Source: an uncultured archaeon
GTDB lineage: Archaea > Asgardarchaeota > Lokiarchaeia > Sigyniarchaeales > SOKP01
Assembly: GCA_964486045.1 (NCBI GenBank)
Contig: CAZALK010000015.1
Span: 32,001-96,000, forward strand
DNA length: 64,000 nt
Direction: 5' to 3'
The position numbers and the translations under genes were made by a program. Each line of letters begins with the position of its first letter. Within the stretch, counting starts at the first letter, position 1. The notes under the pieces were generated by a model. The model worked only from the letters and a program-made list of their open reading frames with translations. It made no database searches and was not told where the DNA came from. Positions 21,354 through 30,445 of the stretch are shown here, in pieces.

Positions 21354-22619
21354 TTGAAAATGAGAGTTAAATTAAAGAGTTTAATACTGTATATCTTATT
21401 TCTTGCTTTTATTCAGACCCCAAATACTTCCTTATCATCATATTTCAGTTATAATTATCCATTAATCTCTTCTCCTAGTCACGGTGTTTCTAAATATGAT
21501 ATAACCCAGAGCGTGAAATATCAAGTAGAACTTAATTTTTCATTAACACATAAAGCAGGCATAGGTAGCTATATTTTCCAATTTGCTAGGTTAGGTAATC
21601 GCATTCCCAATTCAACCTTTACTAAATATACTCCTCCTTATCAAGAAAGTGCCCTTTTAATAAATGAGATAAGGGGGCCTAAGCCAATTAGTATTAGAAA
21701 GGGGCATCTTGATAAATTCAATAATACATATGACTCATTCAATGCTACATTGTTACCTTATACTCCGAGATTGTCTAAAATAATCCCAAAAGTAACATTT
21801 AGTCAAATATATGTTATAGAATTAAACGCCATCGAATTTCAGGGTATCGAGGACACTGAAATTGGATCGTATGATCCATCTGATAAAATCTTTGAATTAT
21901 ATTGTAATAATCCAGAACAATATTATGAGCGGGACAATCCTGACTTAATTTCCTTATCAAATAGTATCGTAAATTCTGATGATAATCCTATCGAGAAAGC
22001 AGAAAAAATATTTAACTGGGTCTCTGACAACCTTGATTATAATGGGAACCTGCCACCTCAAGAAAAAGGTGCATTATGGGCTTTTAATAATTTAGAGGGT
22101 GATTGCAGTGAGTATTCAAGTTTAATGATTACTTTATTACGGATACAAAATATTCCCGCTCGAAAGATAACGGGATTCCTATTATCTAACGATCCATCAA
22201 TACATCCTAACACAGGTGATACATGGACTTTCTATGCTTCTGAATCAACTTCAAACATCATAGCGCATGCTTGGGTCGAATATTATGTTCCTAATATAGG
22301 GTGGGTTGCTTGTGATCCTACTTGGAATTCCGGGTCAAATTATTTTAACAGAATAGACTTTCTCAGGTTTAACTTAAACATTGGGGCGAATTTCTTCTTT
22401 CCTCCCTCTAATACTGTGAGTGAGTATTTAAATCCACTATTCAGTTATTCCTTTGGTGCCTTGTACGAATATGATTATACTATAAAAATTACTGTGATTG
22501 AATCTAATATTACAAAATTAAGTTCTTTTCCGCAAGTTGTTTTTCTGATTATAATAGTAGGGATCATTGGGATTATCATAGCTACTGTATTTTTTAAAAA
22601 GAAAAGGTATAGAAAGTAA
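21354..22619 (+). CDS. Secreted transglutaminase-like (TGc/cysteine protease-like) protein with C-terminal TM anchor
   Basis: GDCSEYSSLMITLLRIQNIPARKITG (Cys), HAWVEYY (His), GWVACDPT (Asp). Confidence 0.92.
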   Translation: MKMRVKLKSLILYILFLAFIQTPNTSLSSYFSYNYPLISSPSHGVSKYDITQSVKYQVELNFSLTHKAGIGSYIFQFARLGNRIPNSTFTKYTPPYQESALLINEIRGPKPISIRKGHLDKFNNTYDSFNATLLPYTPRLSKIIPKVTFSQIYVIELNAIEFQGIEDTEIGSYDPSDKIFELYCNNPEQYYERDNPDLISLSNSIVNSDDNPIEKAEKIFNWVSDNLDYNGNLPPQEKGALWAFNNLEGDCSEYSSLMITLLRIQNIPARKITGFLLSNDPSIHPNTGDTWTFYASESTSNIIAHAWVEYYVPNIGWVACDPTWNSGSNYFNRIDFLRFNLNIGANFFFPPSNTVSEYLNPLFSYSFGALYEYDYTIKITVIESNITKLSSFPQVVFLIIIVGIIGIIIATVFFKKKRYRK

Positions 22620-22740
22620 GTCATTTATTTTCAATGATAATTATGTTACAAAAATTTTATAAATTTCATATCACATCATTTGATATGCAAAAATTCAATA
22701 TTGCATCAGTTAAAATACGAAATTAAAAAAGATAAAAAAA

Positions 22741-22746
22741 AGGAGG
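22741..22746 (+). promoter_or_regulatory. Shine-Dalgarno-like site
   Basis: AGGAGG ending 10 nt upstream of the ATG at 22757. Confidence 0.55.
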
Positions 22747-22756
22747 ATCAGACGAA

Positions 22757-23332
22757 ATGGCTAATAACGGGAAGAATTTATGGCTATTATTTACAATTTC
22801 GGGGATATTAGGCACAATATCCTTTTTTTTTCCTTTCATCACAGGTCGATTTGATTGGTATTGGGTTTACTATTATCAAAACATGGAGTATTACATAGCA
22901 ATCTTGTTGATTTTGGGAGGAATTTTATTATTACTGATACCAGGAATTTACAGTAAAATAACAGAGAAACATAGTTTAGATCCATTAGGATTTTTTGGGG
23001 GTTTATTTCTACTATTTGCCCCATTAGTATATTTTATGGGAATACCATTCATGCCATTATTTTTTATATGGGTTCAACCAACATTCTTGATTTCTCTCGC
23101 TGGTGGGATTTTAGGATTAATAGCATGGGTACTTGGACTCAAATATAATAAACTAAATAAGATAAGTAAAGCTGGAATGACTCTAACATCCTATGGATTT
23201 ATGGCTTATCTAGTTAACTTTATTATACCTTCACCATCTTCTTGGGCTTTCTATTTTGTGGTAGGTCCAGTTTGGATTTTAATCGGCTTTGTTATCTTTG
23301 GAATTGGACTCATAAAATCAATGTTTAAATAA
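22757..23332 (+). CDS. Multi-pass membrane protein of unknown function
   Basis: 191 aa, about 6 Gly-rich TM segments, own SD site, T-rich tract after the stop. Confidence 0.8.
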   Translation: MANNGKNLWLLFTISGILGTISFFFPFITGRFDWYWVYYYQNMEYYIAILLILGGILLLLIPGIYSKITEKHSLDPLGFFGGLFLLFAPLVYFMGIPFMPLFFIWVQPTFLISLAGGILGLIAWVLGLKYNKLNKISKAGMTLTSYGFMAYLVNFIIPSPSSWAFYFVVGPVWILIGFVIFGIGLIKSMFK

Positions 23333-23530
23333 TTCAAACTTTTTTTTCTTTTTATCTAAAATTAGTCCGTTTTGATTTATAATAGATATTTGAATCTTTT
23401 CTAAAAATCTAATTATTTTTTTATTTCATTTTTATATAATTTTCAATTCAAAAATAAGGTTGTAAAATTAACAATCCCAATTTTTATCAAATTTCATCTG
23501 ATTTTTCAATCCACCAACAAAATCAGGTTA

Positions 23531-23586
23531 TCTAGAAAATAAAAAATGAATAAGAAATAATACTAATAATCTGTTAAATAGATTAC
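23531..23586 (+). repeat. Direct repeat copy 1 (~55 bp, 22-bp exact core with palindrome)
   Basis: tctagaaaataaaaaatgaataagaaataatactAATAATCTGTTAAATAGATTAC aligns with 26302-26356. The core at 23565-23586 is identical to 26335-26356. Confidence 0.88.
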
Positions 23587-23590
23587 CGAC

Positions 23591-23899
23591 TCAAATTATT
23601 TTAACAGAATTGATTTTCTCAGATTTAACTTAAATATCGGTGCAAATTTCTTCTTTCCTCCTTCTAATACGGTAAGTGAGTATTTAAATCCGCTATTTAG
23701 TTATTCCTTTGGTGCCTTGTATGAATATGATTACACATTAAAAATTACTGTTATTGAATCGAATATTTCAACCTTAGATTCATTTCCCGATGTTGTTTTC
23801 TTGATTATTATTGTAGGGATCATTGGTGTTATCATAGCTATTGTAGTTTTAAAAAAGAAAAGTCATAGAAAGGATGTTAAAATATATCCAAAGTATTAA
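23591..23899 (+). pseudogene. Orphan 3'-end copy of the transglutaminase-like gene
   Basis: Aligns in frame to 22335-22619. The first 49 codons are identical in amino acids with 15 synonymous changes. An in-frame TAG lies just upstream (23579-23581). Confidence 0.92.
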
Positions 23900-24008
23900 G
23901 ATATTTTATATTTTCTTGAAGACTTGGAAAAAGGAACAATAATTCAATCAATTTTATAAATCTTTTGCTATTATTTCTATATATTTAAAAGACAGAGATA
24001 AAAGAATT

Positions 24009-26264
24009 ATGAATTTTAATCAGAAATCTGGGGTTAAGTTATGTCTCATCTTCTTTATTTTTGTTATGACAATAATCTTGCCAACGCAAACCTTTAATCA
24101 GGATAATTTGGATATCCAAAAAGATCTCCAAATCTCTTCACCGGATAGTTTAACATCTGATTTCCATGAACTTTGGGGTGGCAGTCAATATGACACTTCA
24201 GAGGCAATCGCACAAGATTCTGAGGGAAATATATACATTGGAGGATATACCTCAATTGCTAGCAGCTTCGACTTTTTTTACGTGAAATATGATCATTTTG
24301 GGGAAGTGATCTTTAACAGAACATGGGGGGGAGGAAATAATGATCAAAGTCATGATTTAATTGTTGATGCATCCAGTAATCTCTATCTCGCAGGGTGGTC
24401 AGTCGATTATGGGGGTGTATTAGTACAATTTGATCAGAACAACAATAAACAGTGGCATAGATCAATAAATGGGGCAATTTATGGTATCGCTTTAGATACT
24501 TTAAATAATATATATGTAGTTGGGAGACTTGATAACACATCAGGCTGGCATGATGATTATTTTCTTGCAAAATACAATACTATAGGAGATCAACTATGGA
24601 ATAATTCTTGGGGAGGACCAGATGATGACATTTGCTTTGATCTGGTTGTTGACTCATTTAATAACATATATATAACTGGTACTACTGAAAGTCTTGGATC
24701 ATTTAATTATGATATATCTATAGCAAAATATAATAATGTAGGAGATTTACAATGGCATACTACCTGGGGGGGAACAGAAAACGAGAGAAGTAATTCTATA
24801 GCAATGGATTCCAACGGAAGTATATATATTACCGGTTTCACTTATAGCTATGGTGAGGGGGAACGTGATGTTGTGTTATTAAAATATAATAACTCTGGAA
24901 CCCTACAGTGGAATAAAACGTGGGGAGGCCCTCTCCCAGATGAAGGAAAAGGAATTGATATTGATGCGCAAGATAATATTTTTATAACTGGGGGTACATA
25001 TAGTTTCTCAACGGATTTTAAAAGCGAGTTATTCATTGTTATCTTTGATAGTTCTGGTGAATTTAAAGATTCTTTTTTTTGGGGAGAGGAAAATTCTCAA
25101 ACAAGCGGGAATGATCTAATAGTAGACTCTTATAACCTTTATATTGTTGGATCTACATCTGGTTTTGGTGCAGGTGGTACGGGAGATGCGTGTTTACTGC
25201 ATATAGTTTATAATCCAATTCAAATGACAGTACCGAGTGATAATTCTATTAATCCCCTTATTATATTGCTAATTATTCTATCTATTATTCTCCCAACTTC
25301 AATTGGATCGTTTGTTATCTTATCAAAAAGAAAAAAGATAAAAAAAAGAGGATTAATAATAGAACCACTTCCCTTCAATAAGAAAACCACTGATCCAATC
25401 AAGGTTTCTGACAATCTAAAAGCCCTAATTATATCAAATGTTAGGTATGGTAGTAATAGATCTAAAACTATTAAACACTTTATCAAATTTTTTAAATTAA
25501 AACTCCCCTCAGAATTGAACGAAGTCTATGAATTAATAATAGAACTATTAAGTATTAACTTCGCCTTTTTTTGGAACAGCATATATAATAAATGTGCCGA
25601 AAAATTAGAGAAACAAGTTCCTCTTAACGAATTTTTAGATTTTGAAAAAAAACTTGTAGAAGATCTTTTTTTAATTGAAGAAATTAATGAAGTTATCCAA
25701 ACTCATTTACTAGGAAAATTTACCTTCCCGCGAATTGAAGCATCTATTAAAGGACATATTTTTATCACTAATTATCGGATTATTTTACCAAGAGGTCATC
25801 AATTATCCACATTAACTTCTGCAGATGCTCTCAGTATGATACCACTGATGAGGGGAACTGCACAAAGAAGAGCTAACAAGATAAATAGAAGAAGAAAAGA
25901 ATTTAATAATGTTATTGCTCAGCAAAAACAGTTTAAGTCATTATACAAACCAGGTGAAGCCTTTATTTTTGGGGTTCCATTCAATCTTAAAGTTGCTTAC
26001 GACATGTCCTTTTCAATGATTTACAAATATAAAACAAAAAAACTAGAAGAAAAAAATTACAAACTAGATTTAAAAATAAAACCAATCGCATACAAAAATG
26101 AATCCCAGCAAGAATTCTTTGAAAGAAAAAAGTTTATTTTTTCCACCATAACTGATGTTTTTTCTCAATATCCTACAATTATATGTCATAAATGCTTTCA
26201 AGTACAGGATAGAACCTTAGATTCCTGTGTTAAATGTGGGACCACACTAAAACCGAAGATTTGA
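24009..26264 (+). CDS. Single-pass receptor-like protein: extracellular SBBP beta-propeller, TM, cytoplasmic GRAM/PH-like domain, C-terminal Zn ribbon
   Basis: Repeats 'WGG...D....I..D...NIYI.G.T'; TM 'PLIILLIILSIILPTSIGSFVIL' followed by KRKKIKKR; 'GHIFITNYRIIL'; terminal CHKC...CVKCG. Confidence 0.78.
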   Translation: MNFNQKSGVKLCLIFFIFVMTIILPTQTFNQDNLDIQKDLQISSPDSLTSDFHELWGGSQYDTSEAIAQDSEGNIYIGGYTSIASSFDFFYVKYDHFGEVIFNRTWGGGNNDQSHDLIVDASSNLYLAGWSVDYGGVLVQFDQNNNKQWHRSINGAIYGIALDTLNNIYVVGRLDNTSGWHDDYFLAKYNTIGDQLWNNSWGGPDDDICFDLVVDSFNNIYITGTTESLGSFNYDISIAKYNNVGDLQWHTTWGGTENERSNSIAMDSNGSIYITGFTYSYGEGERDVVLLKYNNSGTLQWNKTWGGPLPDEGKGIDIDAQDNIFITGGTYSFSTDFKSELFIVIFDSSGEFKDSFFWGEENSQTSGNDLIVDSYNLYIVGSTSGFGAGGTGDACLLHIVYNPIQMTVPSDNSINPLIILLIILSIILPTSIGSFVILSKRKKIKKRGLIIEPLPFNKKTTDPIKVSDNLKALIISNVRYGSNRSKTIKHFIKFFKLKLPSELNEVYELIIELLSINFAFFWNSIYNKCAEKLEKQVPLNEFLDFEKKLVEDLFLIEEINEVIQTHLLGKFTFPRIEASIKGHIFITNYRIILPRGHQLSTLTSADALSMIPLMRGTAQRRANKINRRRKEFNNVIAQQKQFKSLYKPGEAFIFGVPFNLKVAYDMSFSMIYKYKTKKLEEKNYKLDLKIKPIAYKNESQQEFFERKKFIFSTITDVFSQYPTIICHKCFQVQDRTLDSCVKCGTTLKPKI

Positions 26265-26286
26265 GAAGAATCAGGTTCCACAACCC

Positions 26287-26309
26287 TTACTAAATATGAG
26301 ATTTAGTAA
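26287..26309. other. Perfect 9-bp inverted repeat downstream of 24009-26264
   Basis: TTACTAAAT-atgag-ATTTAGTAA; could be a terminator or a binding site. Confidence 0.45.
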
Positions 26310-26356
26310 ATAAAGAGTGACAATAAATCATACAAATAATCTGTTAAATAGATTAC
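26302..26356 (+). repeat. Direct repeat copy 2 (upstream of V4R gene)
   Basis: tttagtaaataaagagtgacaataaatcatacaAATAATCTGTTAAATAGATTAC; palindromic core TAATCT-N7-AGATTA. Confidence 0.88.
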
Positions 26357-26419
26357 AAATCTTTTATTTGATGAATTTTTTTCAATATTAAATTAATTAA
26401 GAGTTTACACAAGAGAGAG

Positions 26420-26932
26420 ATGAATTATTCGAGAGAAGAATTAATACAAACGGATGCAACAATGAACCAAATGAGAAATGCAGTATATGAATTAGCGCGA
26501 TTCATGAAGAAAAATGGGTTGACTAATTTAAAAGAGAAATTAAGGAAAATGGGAAATAATATATCCAGAACTTTTATCCGATACTGGAAACCTATAGACA
26601 TAGTCAACCTTTCCAATTTAAAAGATGTTTTGACTACTATTTATCAAAAAATACTCAATAGTTCTGTCTCTATTGAAATCGTTGAGGTTGAAAATTTAGT
26701 CAAAGTTCGAGATTATAAATGTGCTTTATGCAAATATCAATATGATGATGTGGAAATAGCCGGGTGCGAAATTATTTTGGGAATGGTATCTGAAATCATA
26801 AAGCTTATCAACGGAGATGTGGAAGATCTCTCTTCTGTATTAATAGAACCACTTAAAGTAGCAGAATCTCGATCATATGGAGATAAAGTATGTACTCAAG
26901 TTTACAAATATAAAAGTAGTGAGAGGGGCTAG
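26420..26932 (+). CDS. V4R/Bet3(TRAPP)-like domain protein
   Basis: 'LRKMGNNIS' helix; CALC...GCEIILGMVSEI...C pattern typical of the V4R/HNOX/Bet3 fold. Confidence 0.65.
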   Translation: MNYSREELIQTDATMNQMRNAVYELARFMKKNGLTNLKEKLRKMGNNISRTFIRYWKPIDIVNLSNLKDVLTTIYQKILNSSVSIEIVEVENLVKVRDYKCALCKYQYDDVEIAGCEIILGMVSEIIKLINGDVEDLSSVLIEPLKVAESRSYGDKVCTQVYKYKSSERG

Positions 26933-26934
26933 AG

Positions 26935-28404
26935 ATGGGAGCTTTTCAATGGTTAATGAAAAAAATAACTAAGGTCTTTGGACATTCTACAAATGCTCTA
27001 TTTTACACACTTCTTTATCGGGAAATTCTTAAGGAGATTAATGAAATCACCAAGAAGGAAGAAGACAGTCTTGTTGTTCTTAAAGAGATGGGTAAACGGG
27101 CTGGGTATGAATCATGTGAACGTCATTCAAGCGTTTTTAAATTTATGCCTGGATCTCCAAAAAAGATCCTAGAATATTTCGAGATTCTTTGGGTTGTTGT
27201 ATTTGGAAGAGAGTTAGATGATTATTCTTATGAGGAAATTTTTAAAGAAGATTCAAAGTATAATGATTATGTATTAAGAATCAGTAAATGTCCTTTATGC
27301 GCTGGTTACGGGCAAGATATTGAAGATACATTTGATTTTAGTAAAACAAAAAATAAAGAAACAGAAGGATTAGCTTGTGGATTATGTGGAATGTTGGAAA
27401 GTGTTGCTAATTTTATATTAAAAATAAAAAGAAATGATTATAGAATTCAAATAACAGAACAAACCTGCATAGCGAAGGGTGGAGATTCTTTACAATTTAT
27501 CTGTAAAATATATGACTACAATCAATGGAAAAAACTTGTGGATTCAAGAGCTCAAGAAAAAATGACAATAGACGCTTATTTTGGAGATCGATTAGAAGAA
27601 GAGATTATTCAAGAAACGAAGTTTGATATTATTGATAAACTCCAAGATGTTATTTCAATTGATAAATTAGAGGAATATCTTGATGAGCCATTCGAAACTA
27701 TTAAGGAGCGTGTATCTGACATTATTAGAGATAAATTGAACATGGAACCAGAGCATTTTTTTGATTATTTTCGAAATTATGAGGATGATATGATTAGAAT
27801 AATTGGATATTTAGGAATTCATCTTCTAAACGAGTATGGTGGTTTATTAGAAAGATCTCTCAAGAATGAGTGGTTTGCAAAAGTTTTTGGATACATTTTT
27901 AAACAAGTTAAAGAAATGGTTTTGTTATTCATTCCGCTAGATGTGATCCGAGATTACAATGATTTATTAGTAAATTTTTTAGAAGGTTTAGCACCAGTTG
28001 AAATGGTTGATAATATTAGACATTTTACAGGAAGGGATACAATAAATCTATTGTTTGAAGGAGCCAAAATGGCTCTTGAAAACTTAGGAATTGAGTTTAC
28101 TGAATTGAAAGAAAATATTTGGGAAGAATTGAAGAAGGAAAGAGAAGATGGATTACTCCCATCTGAATCAACAACAGTTGATAAGACTCGTGAAAGAGTT
28201 CCACATATTCTCAATATCATTCAAGAAATGTTGATGATAATCACTGATATTTTTACTCTTCCAATTCGTGTGTTAATTTCTGAAAGCCATTACGGGTTAA
28301 AGACAGCAATAAACTCCATTATTTCCGAAGAAGAAGGATTATATGGCTCTATAAAGGAACGGTTTGACAGCATCTTTGATCAGATCGAAGAGATTAGAAA
28401 GTAA
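26935..28404 (+). CDS. V4R/Bet3-like N-terminal domain plus acidic helical C-terminal domain
   Basis: 'LKEMGKRAG', 'LWVVVFGRE', CPLC, 'ACGLCGMLESV', 'EQTCIAKGGDSLQF'; starts 2 nt after the previous gene. Confidence 0.68.
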   Translation: MGAFQWLMKKITKVFGHSTNALFYTLLYREILKEINEITKKEEDSLVVLKEMGKRAGYESCERHSSVFKFMPGSPKKILEYFEILWVVVFGRELDDYSYEEIFKEDSKYNDYVLRISKCPLCAGYGQDIEDTFDFSKTKNKETEGLACGLCGMLESVANFILKIKRNDYRIQITEQTCIAKGGDSLQFICKIYDYNQWKKLVDSRAQEKMTIDAYFGDRLEEEIIQETKFDIIDKLQDVISIDKLEEYLDEPFETIKERVSDIIRDKLNMEPEHFFDYFRNYEDDMIRIIGYLGIHLLNEYGGLLERSLKNEWFAKVFGYIFKQVKEMVLLFIPLDVIRDYNDLLVNFLEGLAPVEMVDNIRHFTGRDTINLLFEGAKMALENLGIEFTELKENIWEELKKEREDGLLPSESTTVDKTRERVPHILNIIQEMLMIITDIFTLPIRVLISESHYGLKTAINSIISEEEGLYGSIKERFDSIFDQIEEIRK

Positions 28405-28407
28405 CAA

Positions 28408-29844
28408 TTAAATTTTTTTAACAAGCTTTTTCCTTTCTTCAGTGTATATATTATAGAACCAATCTACGATGTATTGGTAAAAAAATCTTTCTCGTAAAAC
28501 ATCATAATGTGATTTTCCTCTTAGGCTTGTTAATTTTGCTATATCTTCAGACTTTATCTTTCCCTTTTCTACTAAATCCATACGTGTAATAAATTGATCT
28601 TTTAGTTTGATCTTTCTAAGGATTAAAGTAACAGCTTTGGAAATCTTACTGATGAGTTCTTCCAATTCATATTTTTTAATAAGTTGAAATCCGTCAATCT
28701 GATACAAATTGAACTTAATTTTTTTTAAAATTGAGTCTTTATCATAATAATTAATTAAATTCTTATTAGCAAGAAATTCTGATAAAAATTCAATGATTTT
28801 ATTCCCTGTATCATTATTAATACCTAAATTTGATAACTCCATTTCAAGTTTATAAAGAAACTTTTTTCTTAGAAATTGCTTAAATTTTACTATTATAGCT
28901 TCAGTTTCTTTCTGATCTGAACAGATTTCAATAATTTCTCCTTTTGGTGTAGAATACGTAAAACCTAGTCCTTGTGGTCCTAAACCTCCAAGAAGAACCA
29001 TCGAAATACTATAAAAATTATAGTTATCATTTGACCTGATATTATCTAAATTTCTTAAAATATTCTCAGGTGATACAAAATGTTTTTTGATTTCACGATA
29101 TTCATGATTTTCTTCATCCCCATAATAAATCGTTCTATAAATTACATTGAATTCAAAGAATTTCTTTCCTTTATAATTTGGATTGGTTTGTTCCCCATTC
29201 TCCTGGCTTTTTTGCAAAGGGTAGAACTTGTTGAAAGCATCAATAAATTGCTTTTTAGAGCTTAAATATCTCACACTTAATCCATAAATGGTATATTGGT
29301 TAAAAAAATTGTTCTTAATATATTGCATTAATCCCTCTCTATCAGAGAAATATTCATTCGGTCTACTAATGAAGTAATCATAGAGATTTCTAGGTAACCC
29401 TAAGCAAACATAAGAAATAAACGAGTCTGTTATTTTACCAAATAAATCAAATAGGTTTGCAATAAATAAATTATCTTTTTTGATTTTTTCGACTGAATAT
29501 CTTTCAGCTTTAGTTAATTCTTTTTCAAATAAGTTAAATTCATTGCAAAACCCTAATATATCGATTTGTTCTCCCAGAGCTGAAGTTTGGTATTCTGTTG
29601 AAATCCTTTCAATACATTCTGAAATTAATTTAGAAATTAATTCGAATCTGCGAGGGATTTTTTTTACTTCAATAAAAATATTAAAGTCAACTGAAGCGTT
29701 GAATAATTTTCTGAAACTATTAAAATATCCAAATCTAAGACAATTTGCTAATCCCTCATAATAATTTCTTTCAAGAGATTTTCTATCCTTTGAAAATGAG
29801 ATCTTTTTTTTAAGCTGCTCAAACACTTGATTTGAACGTGTCAT
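28408..29844 (-). CDS. Conserved-looking hypothetical protein
   Basis: 478-aa ORF with a Gly-rich core 'MVLLGGLGPQGLGFTYSTPKGEIIEICSD'. Confidence 0.75.
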   Translation of the reverse strand: MTRSNQVFEQLKKKISFSKDRKSLERNYYEGLANCLRFGYFNSFRKLFNASVDFNIFIEVKKIPRRFELISKLISECIERISTEYQTSALGEQIDILGFCNEFNLFEKELTKAERYSVEKIKKDNLFIANLFDLFGKITDSFISYVCLGLPRNLYDYFISRPNEYFSDREGLMQYIKNNFFNQYTIYGLSVRYLSSKKQFIDAFNKFYPLQKSQENGEQTNPNYKGKKFFEFNVIYRTIYYGDEENHEYREIKKHFVSPENILRNLDNIRSNDNYNFYSISMVLLGGLGPQGLGFTYSTPKGEIIEICSDQKETEAIIVKFKQFLRKKFLYKLEMELSNLGINNDTGNKIIEFLSEFLANKNLINYYDKDSILKKIKFNLYQIDGFQLIKKYELEELISKISKAVTLILRKIKLKDQFITRMDLVEKGKIKSEDIAKLTSLRGKSHYDVLRERFFYQYIVDWFYNIYTEERKKLVKKI

Positions 29845-29915
29845 GTAATTATAAGGGGATTAAGGTTTTTAGAAATCAAAATTTCTTAAATTAATTTAAA
29901 TTTGCTTAAAAGCTT

Positions 29916-30287
29916 CTAATCTAATAATTCAGCTATTTTGTTTGAAACACTTTGGATATTTAAGAAAACCATTCCAAGTGAAGCTTCACTTTTAGCTAAA
30001 GTACATAATATTGCGTTTTCCCCCGCTTTAGAGAGTATTATAATACCATCAACACCCTCTATGAGAATTCGCTTCAAGTCTCCTCGTGCCAACTCCTCAA
30101 CAGCACGTTCGGAAACGCTTAAAATTGCAGCACTCATCGCACTCACTATCCCGTCATTCACATCCCTTGCAAGCGCGCTACATATCGGAAGGCCTTGAAC
30201 ACTCACTATTGCTGAACCTTGAATATTTGGATTTACAGCTTCCATTTGCCTTAAAAGATCGGTAAGTTCAGAGATGTTTTCACTCAA
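29916..30287 (-). CDS. Roadblock/LC7 (MglB-like) domain protein
   Basis: 'IQGSAIVSVQGLPICSAL...VSAMSAAILSVSERAVEELARGDLKRILIEG...LGMVFL'. Confidence 0.93.
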   Translation of the reverse strand: MSENISELTDLLRQMEAVNPNIQGSAIVSVQGLPICSALARDVNDGIVSAMSAAILSVSERAVEELARGDLKRILIEGVDGIIILSKAGENAILCTLAKSEASLGMVFLNIQSVSNKIAELLD

Positions 30288-30445
30288 AGAATATTCAACT
30301 TGAATATATAGTGCTTATAATTCTAATAAGAAAATTATATTATAAAATTATTTTTATTTTTGATCGAATTTTAATGTTAACTTTATTATTAAAGTTAATT
30401 CATATTTAAAAAATATTTTTATCGAAGTCCATATTAGTAATTTTA

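Noticed and set aside
23591-23899. Orphan tails as DGR template repeats
   Set aside because: The changes are mostly synonymous third-position substitutions of all base types, not A-to-N mutagenesis.
23717-23899. 60-aa ORF (and 59179-59388, 69 aa) as independent small genes
   Set aside because: Their TTG 'starts' are internal Leu codons of the duplicated tails, and homology extends upstream of them.
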